The notes beneath the pieces are model-generated. The model ran no database searches and was not told the DNA's origin. It was given only the letters and a program-made list of their open reading frames with translations. The translations under genes were made by a program, and so were the position numbers. Below are positions 26,021 through 39,074 of a DNA stretch of 64,000 bases, piece after piece; the stretch's first letter is position 1; each line of letters begins with the position of its first letter. This stretch comes from Diplonema japonicum. Its lineage: Eukaryota; Protista; Euglenozoa: Diplonemea. The stretch covers positions 310,001-374,000 of the forward strand of contig OZ025676.1 in the NCBI GenBank assembly GCA_964019335.1. Direction: 5' to 3'.

Positions 26021-26885
26021 AACCTTGTTTTTTTCGGAAGGATAACGGCAATGGCACCCACTGTGGGAAAGTAACTTTAAAGTGAGGGGAAGAAAGATAA
26101 GGGAGGAACAAGAGTAAGAAAATAAAATCAGGAGAAAAATAAGAATAAAAAAAGAACTCGATCTTTTCCTTGACGTCAAGCACCCACAGTGGGCTCCAAG
26201 TGTACCATAAAGTAACAATAGGGTGTTTGTAGTCCAATGGCACGTTGGAGTGAACTCTAACCTGTGCGGTGCCACCTCCCCCTCCCGGTTTCCTCTTGGG
26301 GCATCTTTTTCTTTGTTCCATGTTTACCCCTGTTTTGAAAGGTCTGCCAAAGAAAAGAAAATGAGAAAACGAGACAAGAAGAAAAAAAATATACGAGATA
26401 AAGAGGGCCAGTGTTGGTGGCCCTGCACAAGCACTGCAGAAACAAAAAAAAAATGAAGAAAAACAAAGTATAACAAAGCATGCCTCTTCCTCTTCTGCCC
26501 TTCTTTCGTTCCAGTTTTTTTTTGCAGTTCGAGAAAAAAAAAAAAAAAAAAAAAAGACATTTAAGGGTACCTGCGGTATGTGGCAGGACGCCTAAAAAAA
26601 AAAAAGGGAAGGAAAAAAAAAAAGTGAAAATCAGGCAAAACTGTTGATATCTACGCTTTTCTTCCTTTTCATCTCCCCCCCCCCCCCCCCCCCCGATCCT
26701 CTCCCCCCCTGCTATTTCTTTTTTTTTAAAGCCACGCCTTATTCTCTTCATTGTAAAGACAAAAAAAAAAAAAAACCCCGTATGCCGTTCTCTCCTCCTC
26801 TGCCCTTTCCTTCAGATAACTTCGTCAAAATAAATTTCTTTCATGACTTAACATATTGTTGTTTTCGCATGAGCTAATTATTTTC

Positions 26886-26936
<51 letters not shown>

Positions 26937-28014
26937 GATCCATTTTTTTTTGCCCATCTGTCACCATTCTGCAGATGCATCTTGGTGCCGGTGGTCGGGG
27001 TTGCCTGTAAGTCATAAATGGCATACGGAAATATCGGTTGCAGTCTCTCTGAAATAAGGAGCTGTTTGGGGTAGACGCGAACAAGGCCTTTTGTCGTAGC
27101 AAAGGTGCGTTGAAGGAAGAAGAAGAAAAAAAAAAATTATAAATCGGAAAAAAAAAAAGAAAAAAAAAAAAACGAAACGTCTCTGGAGTTACCGCTTTTG
27201 TTAAGGAGATCGGAATTATAGAATCCATTTTTTTTTTTTTTTTCCCTTCTTTAGGCCAGATGAGGATCCAAATGTGTATTGGGAAGTGTCCCTCTCCTGC
27301 AGCCAAACTGCAAGTCTTCCTTCTTAACTTAGAATGCGATACATTTCCATAAAGACACGTCAAAGGAAAGACATGAAAGAAGAAAAAAGAAATCACAACG
27401 TTCATAAAGGGGGGTGGGGGGAGGAAAACACGGAAAAAAGCTGTGAAACCACATCAGTAGTACTGATGAGGAAACTTGCCGTTTCGCCATGAAAGGGTAG
27501 GCTTGAGAAAAAAGAAAAAGAAAAAAAAGCAAAGGCATGACATACATGAAATACAAGGAATTACCCCCCCCCCCCCCCCCCCCCTCCAGGACCTGGGTGT
27601 CCCGGCCGCTCTTGCCGATCATCCCATTCCTGATTCGTGTTTTTTTTTTTTTTTTTTTTTATATTGCGTTTGTAAGCACAACATTTTGGAGGGTGGCTTT
27701 GGGGGAACTCCTTCTGTCAAAGATTTGCGCCCTTGGAATGGAAAAAAAAGGAAAAAAAAAAAAGAAAAAAAAAACGGGGAAGGGGGGGAACACGCAGAGT
27801 GAAAGTAAAAAAGAGAAGGGGGAATGATGGCTTCTTAGCTTATAGGAAAAAGAAAAGGGGGGGGGGGGGGGGGTGAGACACAGGCATCTCTTTTTTTTTT
27901 GCTTTGGTTTTCTTCGAAAAAACAAGCTTTTTTTTTCTTTTTTGTATACACGGATTTTTTAAATTTCTTTTTTTTGTCGTCACGTTTTTTTTTTTTTTTT
28001 CAAATCACTCTTTT

Positions 28015-29600
28015 TCAGTTATTCTGCACACCCCTTTCGTCATCGGACTATTTTTTTTTTTTTTTTTTGTTTTTGTTTTTTGTAACAAATCACCCTCTCC
28101 CTTCTCATACCTCTCCATCAGCCAGTTTGTACCCCTCACCGATCACAACATCGGTCCTTGGGATGAAGAAGTATGTGACAACCGCACCGAGAAGACTGAA
28201 ACCGGCCTGTTTTTTTTAAAAAAAGATTTTTTTTATCACCCCCCTCAAAATAAAAAAACACACACCTGCACCCACATCACAAATGCGAAGCTCGTTGCGT
28301 CGCTAAGCGGCGCATACATAAAGGTCCCGGTCACAGCACCCAACTTGGCACATGCAGCCGACACACCATGGAAAGATGACCTCACTTCAGTGGGGAAGAT
28401 CAACGCAGGGACAACGAACGTTGCAACAGAAGGCCCGTTGTTGATGGCGAAGTTGAGAATCAAGAAAAGGATGAAAATCAGAGCATGAAGATCCTCATTA
28501 ATACTGTACACCGTGGCGAGCAGCGCGAAACACACCGCCATCAACAGAAACCCGTACAGGTTGAGCTTGAAGCACCCACCCTTCTTAAGATACCAAATAC
28601 CACAAATGCAACCCGGAACACCGAACGCAGTGGAAACGATGGATTGCCACGAAATGTCAACCAGTGAGTCGGAATCGCCGAAGATGCTCTTCAAAATTGT
28701 CGGTGTGAAGATGGCGGTTCCGTAGAATGAAATATCATACACAAACCATGTCCCAGCGGTCCCAATGAGCGCCTTTCGAAGCTCCGGCCACTGCGGGTGA
28801 GCACGTGCCCATTCCCACGGGTTGAATGTAGTGTCTTGTTGCTGACGGGCCTTTTGTGCGGCAATGAACTCAGGTGAGTCGCGTTCTTTGCTGGTGAGGA
28901 ACATCACAAGCGCAGCCGGAATTGCACCGAGACCGAAAATAATACGAAACTGCGAATCCACTGAGAACGAACTGTTCGCAGAGTGCCCCGCCATCAACAA
29001 CAACGACACAATGTAAGGCGACATCGACCCCGGAACCTGCCAGAAGAACGACCACCCAACTCTTGACGCAGCTTGTTCACGAAGATCTGTCGAAGTCGCA
29101 TCGTCGTCATCATGTGCAGCTTCTGCGGAAGACACTGCAGAAAGAGGGTAGATCCCACCAACACCAACCCCGACAAGCAGTCTCATAGCGATCAGAACAG
29201 CGTAGATACTGTTTGCACTTCCCCACGGCCCGAACGCGGCACCAAGAGCACCGAATACGACAAAGCTTAGCGTTGTTTGCATTGCCCTCCTTCTTCCGAT
29301 AAGGTCGCCCAGGTAGCCCATGATAAGCATCCCGATTACCGCGCCTGCAAACACTGCTCCTAGAAGAGTCAGTTTCGCCCACTGTGGTTCAGGGTAATCG
29401 CCTGAACCGGATTCGCTGCTCCCGATGACACTGTCATCGCTCGATGTGAGGTATACAACAGCGATGGACGCTGCCCCGAGGTTGTACTGTACTGAGAAGT
29501 TCCCGATTTTCCCCACCAGCGTGCTCTTCTTTCCCGGCTGAGAGAACCCAGGAATGGACTCCTCATCTAAACCAGAGGCTGTGTTTTCATCGTAAGTCAT
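28015..29600 (-). CDS. MFS inorganic phosphate:H+ symporter (PHO84/PHT1-like); introns 28207-28265 and probably 28048-28110
   Basis: GYLGDLIGRR, GVGVGGIYPLSA, TWFVYDISFYG, NNGPSVATFVVPALIFPTEVRSSFHGVSAACAKLGA. Confidence 0.88.
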
Positions 29601-29613
29601 TTTTTTCCCTTCG

Positions 29614-29645
<32 letters not shown>

Positions 29646-29900
29646 CCTTTTATTTTTAATTTTTTTTGCCCAAAGGAACTTAGAAGAGAAAAAAAAAAAA
29701 AAGAAGAAAGAAGAAGATGAGCCCGGGGCACAAGAAAAAAACCGTTACTAGAAGCACAACATGCAGTCACATAGATAAAGATACTCTGGTTGCCCCGCCC
29801 AAACCTTGACAATGGCCGAGGGGGGGCGGGGGCTTGGCGAGGGGGAGAGAGAAATGAGATAATAAATTATCTTGTATGTCGAATTTCAGACACAATAAGC

Positions 29901-30995
<1,095 letters not shown>

Positions 30996-31074
30996 CTATC
31001 TGACGATAGGTGTTGAGTAGGTTAAACGAAAAGGAGAAAAAAACTAAAACCATATCAAAAAAAGAAGAAAGTGC

Positions 31075-31407
31075 TTACGCCACAGCGTAAAGGGTACGAC
31101 CCTGCTTCTTCAGGGCGAAGAGGATGTCAGCGGCACGCACGGTCTTCCTCCCTGTGAGCTCCAGGAGGGTCGCGGTGTCGGCCATCACCTTGTCTACGAA
31201 GGACCTCAGGATGGTCCTCGCCTCGTCGTAGGCGCTCGCTGCGATCCTCTTGCACCCACCACGCCTGGCGATCCTCCTGATGCTCCCCTTCGTGATCCCA
31301 CGGCTGCTGACCTTCGTGTTCCTCTTCCCGCCAGCACCCTTCGTCACATTCTTCGACTTCGAGGTCACTGACTTGCCCTTCGCGGAGGTCTTTCCTTGGC
31401 CGGCCAT
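31075..31407 (-). CDS. Divergent histone H4 (110 aa)
   Basis: GITKGSIRRIARRGGCKRI...RKTVRAADILFALKKQGRTLY; start MAGQGK at 31407. Confidence 0.92.
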   Translation of the reverse strand: MAGQGKTSAKGKSVTSKSKNVTKGAGGKRNTKVSSRGITKGSIRRIARRGGCKRIAASAYDEARTILRSFVDKVMADTATLLELTGRKTVRAADILFALKKQGRTLYAVA

Positions 31408-31639
31408 TTTCCTCTTTTTTTTTTTTTTTTGGTAGTGTTTGAGAACTTTAAGAACTTTTTTTTTCGTGGTTCGTGAGAATAACAGGGGGAAAAGATTGGT
31501 GGATAGAGCCACCCCAGAGGCAGTGTTGCTGTCACTGGTACAAAGGAGGGAGGAAACTGACAAAACAGTGAAAACAAGGGGGCAAATCGAAGAAGAAGAA
31601 AAGGGAGAAAGGGCGACCTCAACCCAGGGTGTGCTTTGC

Positions 31640-32068
31640 TTATTTCCCCTGGAGCTCGCCACGGATGCGCCTGGCGATGTTGAGGTCAAGGTGGTTGAGT
31701 GTCTGCTTCTTCCTGTGGATCTGCATCATGACAGCCGCCTGGAAGAGCCCGACCATGTAGCTCTCTGTCGCCTCCTGCACCGCCTCCAGAGCAGACGGCT
31801 TGAAGGACAACCCCGTCTTGTAGTTGTTCATGGTCTCCCTCACCAGCCTCTGGAAGGGTGCCTTCTGCAGCAGAAGCTTCGAGGTCTTCTGCAGTTTGAA
31901 GATCTCACGCAGGGCAACGGTTCCGGGCCTCCACCTCCTCTTCCCCTCGCTGCTCTCCTCCTTCTTGCTCTTCTTCGACTTCTTCTCCTTCTTCGTCTTC
32001 TTGCTCTTCTTCGTCACTTCTCCTGCGGGAGGCCTCCCACCAGTCGACTTCAGGGAAGAGCGCGGCAT
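31640..32068 (-). CDS. Divergent histone H3 (142 aa)
   Basis: KSTGG, RWRPGTVALREI, LLLQKAPFQRLVRE, ALEAVQEATESYMVGLF, ARRIRGE. Confidence 0.92.
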   Translation of the reverse strand: MPRSSLKSTGGRPPAGEVTKKSKKTKKEKKSKKSKKEESSEGKRRWRPGTVALREIFKLQKTSKLLLQKAPFQRLVRETMNNYKTGLSFKPSALEAVQEATESYMVGLFQAAVMMQIHRKKQTLNHLDLNIARRIRGELQGK

Positions 32069-32386
32069 TTTCTTTGGTTTTGTGTTTTGAAAAAACTGTG
32101 CACGCGGGTGAAGGGGATACAAAGACAAGAAGAAAAAAGAAAAGGAAATAAAAAAAGGGAAGATAAAAAAAATAGAAAAACAGAGAGATACAAAAGAGAA
32201 AAAAAGGGGAAACAAAGGGAAAAGGGAGGGGGGTACGGTGCTCAGCGACACCACCTGCCCGGGGGAGGGCAAGTGAAAGGGATGAAAAAAAAAAAAAAAA
32301 CTCACAACATCAACAACAAGAAGAAGAAGAAAAGAGATAGAAATACATCAAAAGGGGAGGAACGAGGAGGAAGAATGGCAACGTTT

Positions 32387-32890
32387 CTATTTGCTGCTCT
32401 TCTTCTCCTTCTTGTCCTTCTTTTCCTTCTTGTCCTTTTTGGCCTTCTTGCTCGCCTTCTCGTCAGAGTCAACAGGCTCCTTCTTCTTCTTCATCACTGC
32501 GTTGTGGACGTGCTTCACCACACCGCCGCCCGCGATCGTGACCTGCGACAGGAGCTGGCTGAGGTCCTCGTCTTGCCTCACCGCGAGGCAGATGTGGCGG
32601 GGCTTGATTTTGTGCTGCACCTCATATTCCTCGTCGCCCTCCCTGCTCTTGCACATCTTCCACGCGCTCTTCCCCGCCAGGGTCAGCAGCTCTGACGTGC
32701 AGTACTCCATCACCGCCGTCAGGAAGACAGCAGCAGGCGCGCTCACCCTCTTCGCGAAACGGCCCTTCTTCAGGCTGCTCCCCACCCTACCCACAGGGAA
32801 GGTCAGCCCAGACCTCTGCGACTTCGACACATTCTTCTGTCCCTTCTTCGCTCCCCTCTTCTTCGGGCTGGTCTTAGTCTGGGTAACCAT
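32387..32890 (-). CDS. Divergent histone H2A (167 aa) with L2-loop insertion and Lys-rich C-tail
   Basis: SQRSGLTFPVGRV, AAVFLTAVMEYCTSELL, IKPRHICLAVRQDEDL, VTIAGGGV. Confidence 0.93.
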   Translation of the reverse strand: MVTQTKTSPKKRGAKKGQKNVSKSQRSGLTFPVGRVGSSLKKGRFAKRVSAPAAVFLTAVMEYCTSELLTLAGKSAWKMCKSREGDEEYEVQHKIKPRHICLAVRQDEDLSQLLSQVTIAGGGVVKHVHNAVMKKKKEPVDSDEKASKKAKKDKKEKKDKKEKKSSK

Positions 32891-33169
32891 TTTGTTGTTG
32901 TTGTTGTTGTTGTTGTTAGTGTGGTGGTTTAGGTTCACTGTGGTGTTGCTATTTTTTTTTTCTTTTCCGTTGCTTACAAATAAATGAAAGGAAAAAAAAA
33001 AAGAAACAAAGAGGGAGAACAACAGTGGTTATCGCCACCACGCTTCTTCATCTTGAAGAAACGTTGTAGAAAAAAAAAAAAAAAAGAAAAGAAAAAAAAA
33101 AAATACTACACAACAACAAAGAAAGTGAAAAAGAAGGGGGTGAATAGGATGGGGGGTACTCGGGCCTTA

Positions 33170-33607
33170 TCAGTTCTTCTTCTTGGACTTCTTCGGCTTG
33201 GTCACATCACCACCACCGAAGGTCCCGACAGCGCTGGCACCGGCAGCAAGGGCGTGGGTCGCGAGCTCCTTGGGAAGCTGCAGCTTCACCGCCGCCATGA
33301 CAGCCTTGGAGCTCAAGGTCTTCACCTGTGCGTGTGTGGTGAGGCGCCCCGCCTCCCCAGCGAGCCTGTCGAACAGGTCCACCACGAAGGAGTTCACGAT
33401 CGCCATCCCCTTCGCCGTGATCTGCACCTTGTTGCCCTTTTTGTCCTGCGTCCTCATCAGCCTGTGGATGTACGTGTTGTAGCTCGCGTAGCTCGACTTC
33501 TTCCTCCTCTTCTCACCGTCATCCTCCTTCTTCACCTTCTTCACCTTCTCCTTCTTGTCCTTCTTCGACTTTCCCCTCTTTGCAACGGGCGACGACTTGG
33601 GCGACAT
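33170..33607 (-). CDS. Divergent histone H2B (145 aa)
   Basis: SYNTYIHRLM, GMAIVNSFVVDLFDRLAGEAGRL, TLSSKAVMAAVKLQLPKELATHA. Confidence 0.92.
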   Translation of the reverse strand: MSPKSSPVAKRGKSKKDKKEKVKKVKKEDDGEKRRKKSSYASYNTYIHRLMRTQDKKGNKVQITAKGMAIVNSFVVDLFDRLAGEAGRLTTHAQVKTLSSKAVMAAVKLQLPKELATHALAAGASAVGTFGGGDVTKPKKSKKKN

Positions 33608-33996
33608 CTTGTCTTTTTGTGTTGTGGGTATTTTTTTTTTTTGCTAGCTGTTCGTGTGTTGTGTGTTCAGAGCAGTCGAAGCACGTGGGGGAGCAGCCTG
33701 GCACAATAACTAAGGTGTTATAAAAAGGAAAACGGGGGGGCTGGGGGGCAAAGTAAAGACAGAAAATAAAAGGTGGGTTTAAAAAAAATTGGAAAACAGG
33801 TGTTAAAAATGGGGAAATATTTCAGAGACCAGACCTCACCCCTTTCCTGCAAAGCTCATGAGTCCACAAAGAGAGCTAGCCAGAGAAGACACAACAACAG
33901 GGAGGGGCAAAGGGAAGTCGGGATAAAGGTTAGAAGTGAAGTGTGGAATAAAAAAAAATTATCTCTCAACACCTCCCAGGTGTTTTTCAACATTGT

Positions 33997-35288
<1,292 letters not shown>

Positions 35289-35528
35289 AAAAAATAAAAA
35301 AAGCGATGTTTAAGGGCAAATCCCACTTGAGGACCCCGTCTAGAGCGAGGATGTCGGTGGCACCCACAGAAGAATAAGTCACAGCGGGGTACGCGGCGAG
35401 ACGGCAACATCGATGGCCAAGACGAAGTCGAGGGCGTCGAAGTCGAAGAGCCGAAGCCAAGCGAGAGACACCGAGCGAAGACCAAGGGAAAGAGACCCCT
35501 TAGTTACCTAAAAAATGGACTACCGACA
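35289..35528. repeat. ~240-bp insertion relative to the paralogous ubiquitin upstream region; begins with a dispersed 33-bp repeat
   Basis: Absent from the paralog at ~37299. GCGATGTTTAAGGGCAAATCCCACTTGAGGACC also occurs at 15450-15482. Confidence 0.6.
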
Positions 35529-35584
35529 GACATTGCTCGTTGTCTTTCTTTCTTTCTTCCTTTAAAAAGTTAGCAGCGAAAAGT

Positions 35585-35716
35585 TGTCAGTTGTGAATAA
35601 TGCGGTGTTGATCTTTTGTGTTGCAGTATCAGGAGGGGAAAGGGGAAAAGGGGTAAACCCTTTCCTTCCTTTCATCCATTCAAATTGACGTGCAAATAAG
35701 AAGATACGTCATCATG
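35585..35716 (-). ncRNA. Box C/D snoRNA, family B copy 1
   Basis: C box ATGATGA; guide ATTTGCACGTCA complementary to conserved LSU UGACGUGCAAAU; D'-like TTGA, C'-like TGGATGA, terminal CTGA; identical copy at 37347-37477. Confidence 0.7.
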
Positions 35717-35751
35717 ATAGGTCCAAAATGTGATTTGCCTGTTGGGACGTT

Positions 35752-35838
35752 GTGATCAGAAGACCATCGTGAAGTATTACTGTTGTCCTAAGTCATGGTC
35801 GGTCAGAGTGAGCTGGATTAGTATTTCGTCATCACTTC
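35752..35838 (-). ncRNA. Box C/D snoRNA, family A divergent paralog (A')
   Basis: GTGATGA...AATCCAGCTCACT-CTGA...TCACGATGGTCTT-CTGA; the D' guide is shifted 2 nt relative to copies 1 and 3. Confidence 0.82.
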
Positions 35839-36226
35839 CTTCTTTTCACGGGAAAGAAAAGCAAAGCTCCCGAGGTAGGTTTCGGTTTCCAATCCAAACT
35901 AAGGAGAGTCAAAGAACAACGAATAAATTGTCAAGAACTAAGGAGTTAAAAAAACCAAAAAAAAAAAAATAATGTGAAAAAGAAGAAGACTTTTGTGTGG
36001 AACCAGACCATCCCCTTGACCCTCTCCTGCAAAGCTCATGAGTCCACAAAGAGAGCTAGCCAGAGAAGACACAACAACAGGGAAGGGCAAAGGGAAGTCT
36101 GGGAAAAGGTTAGAATGAGTGTCAAAGCTAATAAGGCCTTGGTTCTTGAACCAAGAAAGAAAGGGGGAGGGGAAAGTGAAAATAGAACCTCCCTCCAAGG
36201 TCCTAGGAATTGGATTGAATTTTTGC

Positions 36227-37299
<1,073 letters not shown>

Positions 37300-37346
37300 G
37301 ATACATTTCTCGTTGTCTTTTTTTCGTCCCCTACTCTTTTAAAAGT

Positions 37347-37477
37347 TGTCAGTTGTGAATAATGCGGTGTTGATCTTTTGTGTTGCAGTATCAGGAGGGG
37401 AAAGGGGAAAAGGGGTAAACCCTTTCCTTCCTTTCATCCATTCAAATTGACGTGCAAATAAGAAGATACGTCATCAT
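37347..37477 (-). ncRNA. Box C/D snoRNA, family B copy 2
   Basis: Identical to the 35585-35716 core. Confidence 0.7.
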
Positions 37478-37579
37478 GGTTTCTCAATTCCGGGAATGCA
37501 GTTCCCTTTCCAGGGTGTGTGTTACCCTTGTCCAAAAAAAAAAAAAAAAAAAGAATAAACAAGTGGGAAGGTTGCGAAG

Positions 37580-39025
37580 TTACAATGTCTTAAGGATACG
37601 TGAAATGCAGTTCCATAAAGCTGTAACATCACGTTGGGTAGTGTTTATACCGCCTGTGGCGATCCGAACGAAGGGGGTGTCTTTAATCTTAGAAGGATAG
37701 ACAAGGAAGCCCTCGGAGGTGAGGCACGCGGCAAGGGCTTCCGAAACGTTTTGTTTTGTGGTGTGCGAAAAGGCTACGAAACAAATCAAACCAAGATCCG
37801 TCTTCACGATCTCGCGTGTGCAGGGATGGGCGGCGATCTTTCCCCTAAGGAAGTCTGCCTGTTTAATGGAAGATGTCAACGAACCACGCAACCCGCGAAC
37901 ACCGAAATAGTTCAAAACCATCCAGATTCGAAGCGACCTGAACTTTCGTCCAAGAGGCACCGCCCAATCCTTGTACTCCGGAGCGTACATTGTAGGGTGT
38001 GCTGTTGCTAAGAAATCCCCACTGCTCGAATAAACATCCAGGAGGAGGGACCTGTCACGAATCCATAAAAAAGAACTGTCGAACCCACAGAGCAACCATT
38101 TACTTCCGTTTATGTTGAAGGATGTGCAGGCTTGCTGGATCAAACGGCTGTCTTTGTGGCGGTCTGGGAGGACAAGTGACGCGCCTGCATAAGCGCAATC
38201 GGCATGGACCCAAACATTGTATTTCTCACGAATTTTATCGAACCCTTTGAAGGAATCGTACCCGCAAGTGTTCGTTGTCCCGTAGTTGAGCTCCACCATG
38301 CACGGGATCTTCCCTTCAGAGATGTCCTTTTTCATGGCGGTTTCTACCATTGATGCGGTGATGCCGTAATTCCCGTTTTTAAGAATTTTCGATTGTATGA
38401 ACCGAACCTGCATACCAGCGACACGAGCTGCTTTTGCGCCGGAGAAATGAGTGTCCGATGACATGTACACTACGAACTTCGATGAATCAGCGTGAAATCG
38501 TGTCTCTCCCACCACACCGAGTGCAGCGTGTTTCTTCACCCTTGCACAGACGGCGACAGATGCCACTATGTCGGACGCGGTTGATTGTATGAGGCTTCCG
38601 CCTTTTAAACTAGCGTGTGTGAAGGGTTCTTTAATACCCATGGCGTGGGACAGCCATTCCATTACTACTACTTCCAGTTCGGTCGCGGAAGGGCAGGCTT
38701 CCCACTGAAGCCCCACCGCACCCAAACCTGTAATCAGTGCATCGCCACATATTGCAGGCACGCTTGTGTTTGCCGGGTACAACGCGAAGAATCTCGGGGC
38801 CTGCCAGCCTGTCACGCCTGGGATGATCTTCTCTTCTATATCTTTCAAGATGGTGTCGAACCCTACCGGTCGCTCGGGTGGTCGTAAGGGGAACCTCTTA
38901 GCTACATCGCCGGGGCTGACGGCGGGGAGCACATTCCTCGAAGAGATGCCTTTGTAATGCCGCTCAAGAATGGCGAGGGTCTTGGTACCAAATTTTTTTA
39001 TCTCGCCTGCTTTGATTGCATGCAT
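37580..39025 (-). CDS. Group II PLP-dependent aromatic amino acid decarboxylase-like protein (possible aldehyde synthase)
   Basis: IIPGVTGWQAPRFFALYP, ACPSATELE, WVHADCAYAG, SFNINGSKWLL (PLP Lys), YKDWAVPLGRKFRSLRIW. Confidence 0.92.
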   Translation of the reverse strand: MHAIKAGEIKKFGTKTLAILERHYKGISSRNVLPAVSPGDVAKRFPLRPPERPVGFDTILKDIEEKIIPGVTGWQAPRFFALYPANTSVPAICGDALITGLGAVGLQWEACPSATELEVVVMEWLSHAMGIKEPFTHASLKGGSLIQSTASDIVASVAVCARVKKHAALGVVGETRFHADSSKFVVYMSSDTHFSGAKAARVAGMQVRFIQSKILKNGNYGITASMVETAMKKDISEGKIPCMVELNYGTTNTCGYDSFKGFDKIREKYNVWVHADCAYAGASLVLPDRHKDSRLIQQACTSFNINGSKWLLCGFDSSFLWIRDRSLLLDVYSSSGDFLATAHPTMYAPEYKDWAVPLGRKFRSLRIWMVLNYFGVRGLRGSLTSSIKQADFLRGKIAAHPCTREIVKTDLGLICFVAFSHTTKQNVSEALAACLTSEGFLVYPSKIKDTPFVRIATGGINTTQRDVTALWNCISRILKTL

Positions 39026-39074
39026 TTCTTTTTTTTTTAAAACTCCCAAACTGTTGGTTTATAAATTTAAAAAA

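Noticed and set aside
19700-28000. Numerous poly-K/poly-F ORFs in intergenic DNA
   Set aside because: Produced by A/T homopolymers that lack stop codons; not coding.
31075-33607. Endogenous giant-virus origin of the histone cluster
   Set aside because: No viral genes nearby, no fused histone doublets, host-like codon usage and spacers, and a kinetoplastid-like GSIRR H4 signature; only a phylogeny could fully exclude it.
31439-33709. Plus-strand ORFs across the histone cluster
   Set aside because: Antisense frames running through low-complexity spacers; Leu/Phe/Lys-rich noise.
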